A DNA stretch of 64,000 bases. It comes from a virus. Where the stretch lies: IMG/VR virus record IMGVR_UViG_3300033146_001917, positions 1 to 64,000 of that record. One strand, given 5' to 3'. Below, piece after piece: positions 18,598 through 28,526 of this stretch; the first letter of the stretch is position 1, and the number at the start of each line of letters is the position of its first letter. The notes under the pieces are model-generated. The model was not told the origin of the DNA. It did not search any database and saw only the letters and a list, made by a program, of their open reading frames with translations. Made by a program: the position numbers and the translations under genes.

Positions 18598-19077
18598 ATG
18601 AGTATTATATTTTTTATTTGGCAACTACCAATTACAATATTAACTTGGGTGTTCTATATTTTACCATTTTGGGCATTAGGTTATATACAATATAGAACTA
18701 TTGAGTCTCATGGAGTTGTACGATTTGCTCTTACAAAAAAAAGGAATTGGTATACCAAATTATGGAAAGATTGGTGGGGTTGGTCAGGACCATATGTAAT
18801 CATATTACGTAACAACCATAAATCCCCAATTCAATTTCAAAGAGCAGTTACCCACGAACTAACACATTGTGAACAAATGCGACAATGGGGATTCATATTC
18901 CCATTTTTATATTTGGGGGCATCTCTCTATATATATATAGCAAGAAAGGAATTACATTCATATTTTGATAACCCATTTGAAATAGAAGCAAGACGTACTG
19001 CCGGACAAAAAATAAAAATAGACAAAAAATACTGGGGCTACGGTACTGATAGTCAGGATCGATGGTCTTGGTGGTAA
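18598..19077 (+). CDS. membrane HExxH protein (DUF4157-like)
   Basis: THELTHCEQ...YFDNPFEIEAR. Confidence 0.6.
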   Translation: MSIIFFIWQLPITILTWVFYILPFWALGYIQYRTIESHGVVRFALTKKRNWYTKLWKDWWGWSGPYVIILRNNHKSPIQFQRAVTHELTHCEQMRQWGFIFPFLYLGASLYIYIARKELHSYFDNPFEIEARRTAGQKIKIDKKYWGYGTDSQDRWSWW

Positions 19078-19086
19078 AGGGAAACA

Positions 19087-19476
19087 ATGTTTAAGTGTCA
19101 AGTTCCAGGATGTAATAATATAACTCAGTTGCATCAACCAGTAAATAAAATTATTATCAAAACACGGCCTCGTAAATATATTAATATAAAGAAACGAGGA
19201 ACTCTTAAAGATACCGTAACTGAAACTGAAGGCTACGAGATAGTCCAAGAAGTTAATGCTTGTCCTGAATGTTATCTGATGATTACTGGGGACCAACCTG
19301 TAAAGTTCGTACAGATAGCACCACCTATATCAGAAGATAAGCCAAGAAAGATTCGACAACGATGGAAGAAATTCAAGAAAAATTCCAAGAAATCACATCC
19401 ATCTACTATAAACAATACCGATTTAAACAAAAATCAGGTAAAATCAGACAAATTGAAGCACCAGAAGAATCATTAA
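19087..19476 (+). CDS. Zn-ribbon hypothetical protein
   Basis: CQVPGC...GYEIVQEVNACPEC; 3' end overlaps the RT gene by 115 nt. Confidence 0.6.
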   Translation: MFKCQVPGCNNITQLHQPVNKIIIKTRPRKYINIKKRGTLKDTVTETEGYEIVQEVNACPECYLMITGDQPVKFVQIAPPISEDKPRKIRQRWKKFKKNSKKSHPSTINNTDLNKNQVKSDKLKHQKNH

Positions 19477-20216
19477 AATCACTTCAGAGACAATTCATAC
19501 TTCTTTATGAAGACATATTTAGTTTTCATAAAGGATGTGTCTCTATACGTGGTACTAATATGTCCTCTGGTGCAAATCAACATATGAACGCTAAGTATCT
19601 ACTTAAGGTAGATATTAAAAATTGTTACCAATCTATTCGTCCTCATCATGTAATTTCATCGATACTAGAAAATTGCAAGCCATCTGCGCAACGTACAAGA
19701 GCAATTAATTTACTTCCACAGTGCTTTATTAATAATGGACGAACTATATATCTACCTACTGGAAGCCCTACAAGTTCAATTTTGTGCAATATAGCTCTTA
19801 CTCCAATAGATATTCGTATTGAAGCATTAACTAGTTTAGAAGGGTATGTGTATACACGATATCTAGATGATATAGCTATATCTACAACGCAAAATCGTAG
19901 ATGGACTCTAATAGATGATATTTCTAATATAATCTCGTCATATTCATTACAAATTAATAAAAAGAAAACTAGATGGAATACAAAAAATTCAGATAAAATG
20001 ATTGTAACAGGCTTGTCTCTATCAGAAAGAAAGATTCCGCGTGAAATGAGACAAATGCTTCGAGCTAGATTGCATAATCTTGCTTGTTCAGGACAACCAT
20101 TTGATAAAGAAACTGAAGGATATTTAGCATATGTATCTTCTGTAGATAAAACAACATTGAATTGGTTAATACGAGGCTATCAAAAAAGTAGAATCAAATA
20201 TGGACAAGTTAAATAA
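19362..20216 (+). CDS. retron-type reverse transcriptase
   Basis: KSGKIRQIEAP, GANQH (region X-like), DIKNCY, LPTGSPTS, YTRYLDD, VTGL (region Y), LRARLH...GYLAY thumb. Confidence 0.85.
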   Translation: MEEIQEKFQEITSIYYKQYRFKQKSGKIRQIEAPEESLKSLQRQFILLYEDIFSFHKGCVSIRGTNMSSGANQHMNAKYLLKVDIKNCYQSIRPHHVISSILENCKPSAQRTRAINLLPQCFINNGRTIYLPTGSPTSSILCNIALTPIDIRIEALTSLEGYVYTRYLDDIAISTTQNRRWTLIDDISNIISSYSLQINKKKTRWNTKNSDKMIVTGLSLSERKIPREMRQMLRARLHNLACSGQPFDKETEGYLAYVSSVDKTTLNWLIRGYQKSRIKYGQVK

Positions 20217-20754
20217 ATTAATTATTGCACTAAATTCATATTTTAAAGCTACACATATAATAAATGCACGTAAAGCTATAATTCTTTTAGTTAATAACCG
20301 TGCTAATGTGATAGATTCTGAATATAATAGATATAATTTTGAACAATGGAAGGAAATTTCAAAAACGGATTTGTCAGCAATTAAAATCTGTAGTAAAACA
20401 TTTTGTTTAAATGTTCCTTCAGTCGTAATATTAGATAGTTATAGTAGTTATAAAGTTACTACTATAAAATTCTCACGGCATAATATATTTACTCGTGACA
20501 AGTTCACTTGTCAATATTGTGGACAACATCTAACAAAAAAAAATATATCAATAGACCATATAATTCCAAAATCTAGAGGTGGTACAAATACTTGGAATAA
20601 TATAGTTGCTTGTTGTAGAAAATGCAATGTAACGAAAAAAGACAAATTATTAGAAGAGATAAATTGGAAACTTATTACGATACCAGTTAACCCTAACAAA
20701 ATTAATGCAATCTATAATAATATAGATAAACAATATTGGAAATTTTTAGAATGA
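20200..20754 (+). CDS. HNH endonuclease (McrA/HNH_5-like)
   Basis: RDKFTCQYCG...DHIIPKSRGG..WNNIVACCRKCN. Confidence 0.9.
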   Translation: MDKLNKLIIALNSYFKATHIINARKAIILLVNNRANVIDSEYNRYNFEQWKEISKTDLSAIKICSKTFCLNVPSVVILDSYSSYKVTTIKFSRHNIFTRDKFTCQYCGQHLTKKNISIDHIIPKSRGGTNTWNNIVACCRKCNVTKKDKLLEEINWKLITIPVNPNKINAIYNNIDKQYWKFLE

Positions 20755-21011
20755 ACAAGCAAAATTATAAGCATCCTCAAAATATGGATCCTAACTTAGT
20801 GACTATTCGAGACAGTAATATTCATCTTATAAAACAAGGCAAATTAGCTAAGGCTACTGTTCAGGCTAAAAGTTATCTTTTGTATATGCTTACTTCTGAC
20901 AAAATGCATCAAATAGATCGTGAATTAGATGTATTTGTAGACCATCTTTACGAATTAGCTGGTGACAATGCACCACAACGAACATATATTAGAAAACCCT
21001 ATAGAAAGTAA
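20736..21011 (+). CDS. hypothetical protein
   Basis: ORF coupled to the HNH gene. Confidence 0.5.
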   Translation: MEIFRMNKQNYKHPQNMDPNLVTIRDSNIHLIKQGKLAKATVQAKSYLLYMLTSDKMHQIDRELDVFVDHLYELAGDNAPQRTYIRKPYRK

Positions 21012-21101
21012 AAATTGAGAATATTTTTTTGAGCGGATTCTCATTTAACGTTTCCCGACTTTTCTGTTATAGTGTAATACTAATTTTGGAGAATAATATA
21101 T

Positions 21102-21359
21102 ATGCATTTACTTGCTAATGATAAAAAGGCACAACAGATACAACGTATCTTAATTAATGGTAAACCAGTAGTAGGCGCAATTGAATTTGACGATACTGAA
21201 GGCTGGGTTGACGTAGCTATTCCTAAGATAACCAGCACATCCTTTGTAGCTTCAGATGATAAACAAATTAACCCATCTAAGTTGGTACCAAGTGCAGAAT
21301 GGGATATCAAGCGTCTAAACGGTACCATTCAGGTAATTTGGGACTCACCTAATGAGTAA
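21102..21359 (+). CDS. hypothetical protein
   Basis: GGAG RBS. Confidence 0.55.
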   Translation: MHLLANDKKAQQIQRILINGKPVVGAIEFDDTEGWVDVAIPKITSTSFVASDDKQINPSKLVPSAEWDIKRLNGTIQVIWDSPNE

Positions 21360-21948
21360 AAAAAAAGCTGATATAGTAGAAGAGGTTCTAATTGGTGAAC
21401 CAATTAGAATGCCTACTTCAGCTAAAGAAGAATTGGAAGACAATGGAATTTTTATGCTATATGATGAGATTGATAAATTCTCAGTTCAAGGCATTATACA
21501 AAAATTAATTCTTCTTCACAGTAAATCATCTTTTCAAGATGAAATTCAGATAATAATAAATAGTCCAGGCGGTTATGTTAACGCTGGATGGGCTCTTATT
21601 GATATTATGAACTTCATAAGAATGCCTGTACGAACAATAGCCATGGGGGAAATATGCTCCATGGCGACATATATTTTTATTGCTGGATCAAAACGTATCA
21701 TGGCTCCTAATTCAATAGCTATGATACATCAATTTTCAGCTGAAAATTATGGTAAATATTCAGATTTACTAGCTAGTAGAAAGGCAGAAGATATTGAACA
21801 GGCAAAAGGAATTGCTCATTTAATTAAAAATAGCAAATACACATCAGAAAAACAAATAAAAGAGAATCTACTTAAAAGTAGTGATCTTTGGTTAACTCCC
21901 AAAGAAATGAAAAAACATGGATTATGTGATGCTATCTACAATACTTAG
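21352..21948 (+). CDS. clpP: ClpP-family protease subunit
   Basis: INSPGG, ICSMA, MIHQ and DLWLTPKEMKKHGLCD. Confidence 0.9.
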   Translation: MSKKKADIVEEVLIGEPIRMPTSAKEELEDNGIFMLYDEIDKFSVQGIIQKLILLHSKSSFQDEIQIIINSPGGYVNAGWALIDIMNFIRMPVRTIAMGEICSMATYIFIAGSKRIMAPNSIAMIHQFSAENYGKYSDLLASRKAEDIEQAKGIAHLIKNSKYTSEKQIKENLLKSSDLWLTPKEMKKHGLCDAIYNT

Positions 21949-21957
21949 AGAAAAAGA

Positions 21958-22350
21958 ATGATAATTGGCATTCCACAATCAGGTGATTATATTGTGTTTA
22001 CGACTAATATACCTAATACAGGGTTATTAATAATGTATACAACAATAAATAACAATGTGGAAATAACTAGTGCCGGTTTGCTACCTATTAAATTAGGGGA
22101 TTGGTATCAGATATCAAAAATATCTGATACCAATTTTGTTACTTTAAAATTAAATTTTTCAAAAAAGCCTTGGCTACGGAATCGTCTTAGTAAAGAAATT
22201 AAAATCAGAACTAGAACGGCTCAATTACAAATCTCTGTACTAAATAACAAAGCACAATTTTTTGATGCATATATAGAAGCAATGAATTTTCGTAAAAAAA
22301 TAATGTCACCAAATATAAGTAAAACAACACGATGGAATGCTATCACGTAA
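21958..22350 (+). CDS. hypothetical protein
   Basis: 130 aa ORF. Confidence 0.5.
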   Translation: MIIGIPQSGDYIVFTTNIPNTGLLIMYTTINNNVEITSAGLLPIKLGDWYQISKISDTNFVTLKLNFSKKPWLRNRLSKEIKIRTRTAQLQISVLNNKAQFFDAYIEAMNFRKKIMSPNISKTTRWNAIT

Positions 22351-22371
22351 ACTTTTACCAAAAATAATTAT

Positions 22372-22557
22372 ATGAGCGATAAACGTTTTCTTAATATCAA
22401 AAATGAAACAAATAAAATAGAGCTTATTTGTCCCTTGTGCAAAGTTGAACTTGTACCTGTGACTTTTGACCCTGGTATCTATCGACGTCCTGTTGACTTA
22501 CTTATATTACGATGCCCAGAGTGTGATTTGCATAAAGTTATATTGGAATCAAAATGA
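22372..22557 (+). CDS. Zn-ribbon protein
   Basis: CPLC...CPEC. Confidence 0.55.
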   Translation: MSDKRFLNIKNETNKIELICPLCKVELVPVTFDPGIYRRPVDLLILRCPECDLHKVILESK

Positions 22558-22844
22558 CCAAACAACTTAAATTTGACCATAAAAAAACTAGTGACACCTA
22601 TAATTCACTAGTTGAAATTTTTCGAGATGCCAAACTAACAATAGGAGAAATTTTAGTTGCGTATGGTAATTTAGGCATAGCACTTGGAACCTCAATAGAA
22701 AATAAAAATGAAACTTTAGCTATAGAAGAAATAGAAAAAGAATATTTACGTAATCCGACTCCAGGACTAGCTCTTATTCTTCAAGGATCTGAAGTTGTAT
22801 CTTGGTACAAACAACATGAACAAACTATAATAAAGGATGATTAA
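22554..22844 (+). CDS. hypothetical protein
   Basis: Translationally coupled ORF. Confidence 0.55.
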   Translation: MTKQLKFDHKKTSDTYNSLVEIFRDAKLTIGEILVAYGNLGIALGTSIENKNETLAIEEIEKEYLRNPTPGLALILQGSEVVSWYKQHEQTIIKDD

Positions 22845-23377
22845 TGTTTCCATTACAATATGCAATATATAAAGGTATGGGAGGTAAATTTGGAGCCTTA
22901 CAATTTAACTTCCAACCACCACATTATTACAACGGAAGACAACGAGACTTTACAGGTCGAGAAGCTGTATCTCAAGGTAAAGGGCGTTCACTGAATTCTG
23001 GTTGGAAAGAAAGACAAGGATGTGTTTTCATTGAAGGTGCTCCTATAAAAGAAGGTCAAAAAAATGTATACGACTGGGAAAAGAAAATTATAATGTCCTT
23101 GTCACCTTCTGATATGGGAAAGATTTTACTTACATTAGCTACAGGACAAGATTGTAAAATTATGCATGATCCTGATGTAAAAAGTGACAATCAAGGTACT
23201 GTAAAAAAATGGTTATCCATAGATTCTCCTAATGGAACCATAAAAGGAGTACGTATATATATGAGCTATACATCTCCGGAAAAAAAATTACAGGTTAGTG
23301 TTCCACTCTCTGGAAGTGAAGTCATGGTACTTAAGACACTCCTTCAACAAGCAGTAATTAAATCATTTAATTGGTAA
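22844..23377 (+). CDS. Whirly-family ssDNA-binding protein
   Basis: YAIYKG..GAL, AP...YDWEKK..SLS, HDP, VPLS..E..VL and terminal W are colinear with plant WHY proteins. Confidence 0.7.
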   Translation: MFPLQYAIYKGMGGKFGALQFNFQPPHYYNGRQRDFTGREAVSQGKGRSLNSGWKERQGCVFIEGAPIKEGQKNVYDWEKKIIMSLSPSDMGKILLTLATGQDCKIMHDPDVKSDNQGTVKKWLSIDSPNGTIKGVRIYMSYTSPEKKLQVSVPLSGSEVMVLKTLLQQAVIKSFNW

Positions 23378-23979
23378 CAAATATGGAATCTAGTAGTGCC
23401 TTAGACAGACTTAAAGCAATTTCATCTTATATTGATAATATTTTTAATTCAAATCAGCTTATGCTTACAAGTACTGTTGCTTTATTAGAACATATTCAAG
23501 CAATAGCTTTAGCTATAGAAGACACAACTCAAAACATAGAGTCCTCTAAAAATATTACTATTTATTGTGATACGGTGACGCAATCAACTTTGCCATCAGC
23601 ATCTGGTTTTATGATTGTATTCCCTGATGAACGACAATCAATATTACAAGGATTATTTACATCAAAAATAATAAATAATGATAGCATAATCGAAGCTGGA
23701 TATGATGCAATTTATACTAGTTTAACTACTCTTATTAATTTGCATAATGCATTGTTATCTATAGATATAATATCTACTAATCATTCTTGTGTTAAACAAT
23801 TAAAGAAAGAAGAATTATGTCCGACTCCCAGAATAACAAGAAAACGAGACACAATACTCGAACTAATTCAAGAACTTCCCGTACAAATCCAATTTATGTG
23901 GGCTCCCAGTCACAACACTCGGGAACTAAGTCTAGTAAATCAGTTCGCATCCGCCCTGCTTGGCGACCTAAAACTTTAA
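23371..23979 (+). CDS. RNase H-fold protein, probably degenerate
   Basis: ITIYCD...SGF; IISTN..VKQL; IQFMWAP; later catalytic Asp positions appear as Asn. Confidence 0.55.
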   Translation: MVTNMESSSALDRLKAISSYIDNIFNSNQLMLTSTVALLEHIQAIALAIEDTTQNIESSKNITIYCDTVTQSTLPSASGFMIVFPDERQSILQGLFTSKIINNDSIIEAGYDAIYTSLTTLINLHNALLSIDIISTNHSCVKQLKKEELCPTPRITRKRDTILELIQELPVQIQFMWAPSHNTRELSLVNQFASALLGDLKL

Positions 23980-24680
23980 GAATTTTTCATGAAGATCTAG
24001 ATGAAAAAACCTACCTTCGTCTTGTTTCTCAAGACATACTACAAATTGATACAGAAACAAGTGGACTAGATTTTCGTCACGACTCTTTACATTTAGTTCA
24101 GATAGGTACAAAAAATCGTGAAGTATATCTTATTCATCATCCAAATCCTAATAGTTATTTCCTTATTGCTCTACTAACACATGTCTTTGCTTCCAAATAT
24201 TTTCACCATGCTTTATTTGATATGCGATTTATAAAATCGTGGTTAGGCATTGATATTAAGGGAGAAATATATTGTACTAAAACACTGCTAAAAATTATTT
24301 ACCCAGAACAAAGTTCAGGATTGGCTAGCAATATACGTGATATTTTAAATATAGATTTTACACAGACTAAAATAAATCATAATGATTGGAACAATGATAA
24401 ATTGTCCGAGAATCAACAAGCGTATGCAGCAGAGGATGTTCTCTATTTATATGCACTATCGAAGCAACTCGAAAAAAATGCCAAATGGGGACAGCTAACC
24501 AAATATCACACAGCACGTAACATGTTTAAAGAGTTGGTATCTCTGCAAGTAGAAGGATATGAAGATTTATTTCAGTACGAGAACGATTCTGCAGCAATTC
24601 AGCATCGTCAAGAATGGGCTATTAAATGGGAAAGATTACCTAACTTAACTCGCGCACTAGCACAGGGAAGAATATGTTAA
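23817..24680 (+). CDS. DEDDy 3'-5' exonuclease (RNase D / PolA-exo-like)
   Basis: IDTETSGL, HHALFDM and YAAEDV motifs. Start uncertain. Confidence 0.85.
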   Translation: MSDSQNNKKTRHNTRTNSRTSRTNPIYVGSQSQHSGTKSSKSVRIRPAWRPKTLRIFHEDLDEKTYLRLVSQDILQIDTETSGLDFRHDSLHLVQIGTKNREVYLIHHPNPNSYFLIALLTHVFASKYFHHALFDMRFIKSWLGIDIKGEIYCTKTLLKIIYPEQSSGLASNIRDILNIDFTQTKINHNDWNNDKLSENQQAYAAEDVLYLYALSKQLEKNAKWGQLTKYHTARNMFKELVSLQVEGYEDLFQYENDSAAIQHRQEWAIKWERLPNLTRALAQGRIC

Positions 24681-24991
24681 GTTGTCATGGAATAGTTAGA
24701 CTTCCAAATGACCCTGAACTTGAGAAACGTAAATGGAAAACTGGATTCTTTGTTTCATTTCGAGCTTTTACTAGTCAACAAGGAAAGCAATATTACTATC
24801 GTATTCATATGTTTGTATCTGCCGAAGAAATGGAACAATGGGATACCAAATTAGTTAAAGGCTCTATATTTTATTTAAAAAATGGCGAAGTTAACTCGTA
24901 CCAAAAAGAAGGATGGACAAATCCTATATATAATATCAGGGTTAAGACACATGGGTTTAAGTATTTGCAAGTAGTTCCTATAGGAGAATAA
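24674..24991 (+). CDS. SSB-like OB-fold protein
   Basis: GIVRLPNDPEL...LVKGS; SSB-like strand pattern. Confidence 0.5.
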   Translation: MLSCHGIVRLPNDPELEKRKWKTGFFVSFRAFTSQQGKQYYYRIHMFVSAEEMEQWDTKLVKGSIFYLKNGEVNSYQKEGWTNPIYNIRVKTHGFKYLQVVPIGE

Positions 24992-24992
24992 A

Positions 24993-25595
24993 ATGTCGGA
25001 ATTCGATGAGATAGATTTTGATGAAACTCTAAATGACGAAGACAGTCTAGAACCAGAAGACATCTTTAAAATGGTTACAATCAATAAGGTACGAAAAAAA
25101 CGTACTTATATTGAGATAGAAGATCCAGATGGAAGCAAAATAGAACTTAAAGATATTATTATTGAACTTCTTGATTATTTAAAAGATAAACTGTCTGATA
25201 ATGATAGTAATCAGATGACAGAACAAATACTTCCATTAATGGCACAATCGGTAGCCAGTGGATTAAGTAGAATTGTAGGCATTAAGCAAACTGCATTCTA
25301 CTTAGCGCAACCTGAAATGCGTATGGCTATCATTCATATGATGACATTATCTCTATATTTACTAAAATTTATTCAAAAAGAAGATCTTACTATTAATACA
25401 TATGAAGAAGATGTTAGCGATGAAGAAATTGCTGAACTAGAACGTAAGACTAACATTAGCTCAACAGTTACGTTAGCTACATTGGCTGGTGAAGATCCTA
25501 TGCAAATTCTTAAAGCATTGCGTGATCAGGGTAAAATATCTGAAGATGATTTAAGAGATATTTTAGGAGATAATGATGACGATTTCACCAACTAA
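24993..25595 (+). CDS. hypothetical protein
   Basis: AGGAG RBS; 200 aa, acidic. Confidence 0.6.
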   Translation: MSEFDEIDFDETLNDEDSLEPEDIFKMVTINKVRKKRTYIEIEDPDGSKIELKDIIIELLDYLKDKLSDNDSNQMTEQILPLMAQSVASGLSRIVGIKQTAFYLAQPEMRMAIIHMMTLSLYLLKFIQKEDLTINTYEEDVSDEEIAELERKTNISSTVTLATLAGEDPMQILKALRDQGKISEDDLRDILGDNDDDFTN

Positions 25596-26112
25596 ACAAA
25601 GAATTTTAAATAATAATGATGATGATTTAGCTTCAGAAGATACAAATAATAAAACAATCACCATACAAGTGGTAGGCATGACCCAACGGGCAAGAATAGG
25701 TGAGTTTCGAGATGTGAATCGTCAAGAATTTTATCAACGAGCATGGCGAATTACAATAAACAAGAAACGGGAAACATTACGTTTTCCTTTGGGTTTTGGT
25801 AGTCATGCTATTACTTTGATCCATGATAAGTACAATAAATTCGACAAGAATGCTATTAGATTGATATTCAATGTAAATGATACACTTCCTTATCTGACTA
25901 AATTTAATGGAATGGATATTGGCTTTATTCCTATGCGATGGAGTTCAGTTATAGTACCTAGTCTGCATCGATTTACACAAGTACAATTTATTAGATTACA
26001 TAATCATGACAATACTTACGTATCTGGTCAAGTATTAATGCAATATGATGATTCGCATGTACTAGATACAACTGATAGAACCATAACATCTCGTTTCAAG
26101 AGGTTTTTATGA
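25573..26112 (+). CDS. hypothetical protein
   Basis: AGGAG RBS. Confidence 0.6.
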   Translation: MMTISPTKQRILNNNDDDLASEDTNNKTITIQVVGMTQRARIGEFRDVNRQEFYQRAWRITINKKRETLRFPLGFGSHAITLIHDKYNKFDKNAIRLIFNVNDTLPYLTKFNGMDIGFIPMRWSSVIVPSLHRFTQVQFIRLHNHDNTYVSGQVLMQYDDSHVLDTTDRTITSRFKRFL

Positions 26113-26684
26113 TTATAGCATATGGTTATCGCCTTACTAAACAAGACAAACAATTAATATCTCAAATGATTAAAATTGTATCATCAGATAAATATGAGAT
26201 ATATGATCTGCATACTTATACAGTGACAGATACTAACGAAGATACTGTATTTGTGTTTGGTAACAAAGCTAAGGAATTATGTACGAATATACAGTCAAAA
26301 TATAAATTAGAATTTCCAGATGTGAATGAACTCTCGCCTGCACAGAGAAACACATCCCGCCGAAAAGAAATATATGAAAAATTATTGCGATTCAAAAATA
26401 ACATAATTAGCTATAATGATACCAATACAGTTATATCTTCAGAATCATTACCTCCTGTTAATTTTACCACTATTCTTGCACAATCTAATTCAATAAAAAT
26501 TATACACGGTATCACAAAAAATGGACAGTCATTTGCAATAACCAAAGACGTACAATCAAAAAATGCTGACATTAATTTAACTTTTAGTGAATTATGTATT
26601 ATTAGAGCTGCAATGGACCTATTTAAGGTCGAGGAGCTAAACATTGTCTCTCAATCTAATACTATTAGGCCAAATCCTAATTAG
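26109..26684 (+). CDS. hypothetical protein
   Basis: GAGG RBS; ATGA coupling. Confidence 0.55.
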   Translation: MIIAYGYRLTKQDKQLISQMIKIVSSDKYEIYDLHTYTVTDTNEDTVFVFGNKAKELCTNIQSKYKLEFPDVNELSPAQRNTSRRKEIYEKLLRFKNNIISYNDTNTVISSESLPPVNFTTILAQSNSIKIIHGITKNGQSFAITKDVQSKNADINLTFSELCIIRAAMDLFKVEELNIVSQSNTIRPNPN

Positions 26685-26773
26685 TCACATAATTGAAACT
26701 ATAGCAACAGAAGGATTAATAATCTTAGACTATGAAATAGAACAATACATAGTTTATTTAAGGGAAAAAAAAT

Positions 26774-28516
26774 ATGGCGAAAAAGAGATTGTACAAAGAT
26801 TCGATAGACGAGATAACGTCTCTCATCAAAGCAGGCATTCCAATTATTTGGATGCAGACCCATGAAGAAAATCGTTTTATAGGAAAATTCGTTGAAGAAG
26901 TTGCAGAGCCTAATAAACGTCAAGTATGGTTGTGGTCAGCATATCAAGGTCTTATTAGACAAGATCGAATAAATACTATGATTGACAAAAGAGCATCAGG
27001 AAGTGAAGAAGGAACACATAATCCTCAACGTGCTCTTCAAAATATTACCAATTATACTAATCCAAAAGGGATAATTGGTAGTGTTTTTATTATGCGAGAC
27101 ATGCATACTGTTCTTAGTGAACCTATTCCACGTCAATTACGTGATATTTACGAGCATCTTATTGATAATAATAAGACAATTATTATCACAAGTCCTATTA
27201 TAGCTCATGGTCCAGGCGGTACTCGTCCCGGACTGCCACCTACACTTGAAAAGCAAATAACTGTTCTTAATTTTGAATTACCTAATCAGATTCAAATTAC
27301 TGCTCGCATTCATGAATGTGTAACATTTATGAAATCATCTACTGCAAAACAAAAAATACATTTAGATTATTCAGATACTGAAATTAATACAATGGTACGT
27401 GGTCTTCAAGGGCTTACCATGATTGAAGTAGATGATGCTACTTCGACTTCTCTAGCACATAAACGAAGACTAGATCACAATCATTTGCTAGCTGCTAAGA
27501 AACAACTTATTCGTAAGAGTGAAATCCTAGAGTATATTGAATCGCCATATGGCCTTGATGAAGTGGGAGGTATGGATCAAGCAAAAGAATATCTGCAACG
27601 ATATGGAATGGCATATAGTGATAAAGCTAAACAGTTTGGAGTTGAACCATTAAAAGGTATTATTTTAACCGGAATACCAGGGTCAGGCAAATCTTTACTG
27701 GCTAAGATAATTGGAAATCTATGGAAAGTACCACTACTAAAACTTGATGTTGGTAAGGTAATGAATGGTCTTGTGGGCTCATCTGAGTCCAAGATGCGTG
27801 AAGTCATTCAGCAAGCAGAAACTATGGCACCATGTATCTTATGGTTAGATGAAGTAGAGAAGAGTTTATCTGGTACCAAATCATCAAACTTCAGTGATGG
27901 TGGTACAATGGCTCGTGTATTCGGCACACTACTTACTGCTATGCAAGATGGACTTGATGGTGTAACTATCGTTGCTACTGCTAATGATATTACAATGCTT
28001 CCACCAGAATTTATTCGTAGATTTAATGAAGTATTTTTTGTAGATCTACCATCACCTGACGAGAGATGGGATATCTTTAAGATCCACCTCGAGAAGAGAG
28101 GACGTAAATTATCACTTATCCAAAAATCAAAAAATGATATACTGGCTGCTTCTGATAAATTTACAGGAGCAGAGATAGAAAAGGCAATTAAGGATGCAAT
28201 AGCTGAAGCATTTTATTCTAAACAGGATAATCTTAATGCTAGCAATATAATTAATGCACTACAAGATACAAAACCCATTGCTGTAGTAATGGGAACCAAA
28301 ATTCGTAAATTGCGAGAAAAGGCTCGTGGTCAGTATAGATATGCTAGTAGCCAAACAGAAACTCAAGCAAAAACACGAACAGTAAGTACTAAGAAAGGTA
28401 AATCTCTCAATTTAAATGATGCTCTTGATGATTTCAGTGAAATCAAGAAGAAGCCTGTCAAGAAATCAACCAAGAAAACCAATAGGTTTTCAAATGTAAT
28501 ACAAGAAGATAACTAG
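26774..28516 (+). CDS. Ycf46-like AAA+ ATPase
   Basis: THEENR, VGGMD, GIPGSGKS (Walker A), LWLDEVEK (Walker B), ATAN, LPPEFIRRFNE. Confidence 0.9.
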   Translation: MAKKRLYKDSIDEITSLIKAGIPIIWMQTHEENRFIGKFVEEVAEPNKRQVWLWSAYQGLIRQDRINTMIDKRASGSEEGTHNPQRALQNITNYTNPKGIIGSVFIMRDMHTVLSEPIPRQLRDIYEHLIDNNKTIIITSPIIAHGPGGTRPGLPPTLEKQITVLNFELPNQIQITARIHECVTFMKSSTAKQKIHLDYSDTEINTMVRGLQGLTMIEVDDATSTSLAHKRRLDHNHLLAAKKQLIRKSEILEYIESPYGLDEVGGMDQAKEYLQRYGMAYSDKAKQFGVEPLKGIILTGIPGSGKSLLAKIIGNLWKVPLLKLDVGKVMNGLVGSSESKMREVIQQAETMAPCILWLDEVEKSLSGTKSSNFSDGGTMARVFGTLLTAMQDGLDGVTIVATANDITMLPPEFIRRFNEVFFVDLPSPDERWDIFKIHLEKRGRKLSLIQKSKNDILAASDKFTGAEIEKAIKDAIAEAFYSKQDNLNASNIINALQDTKPIAVVMGTKIRKLREKARGQYRYASSQTETQAKTRTVSTKKGKSLNLNDALDDFSEIKKKPVKKSTKKTNRFSNVIQEDN

Positions 28517-28526
28517 GAGAAGGTAA

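Noticed and set aside
19362-20216. DGR or group II intron RT
   Set aside because: No template/variable repeat pair, Avd gene, maturase domain or intron domain V seen; the motifs are retron-like.
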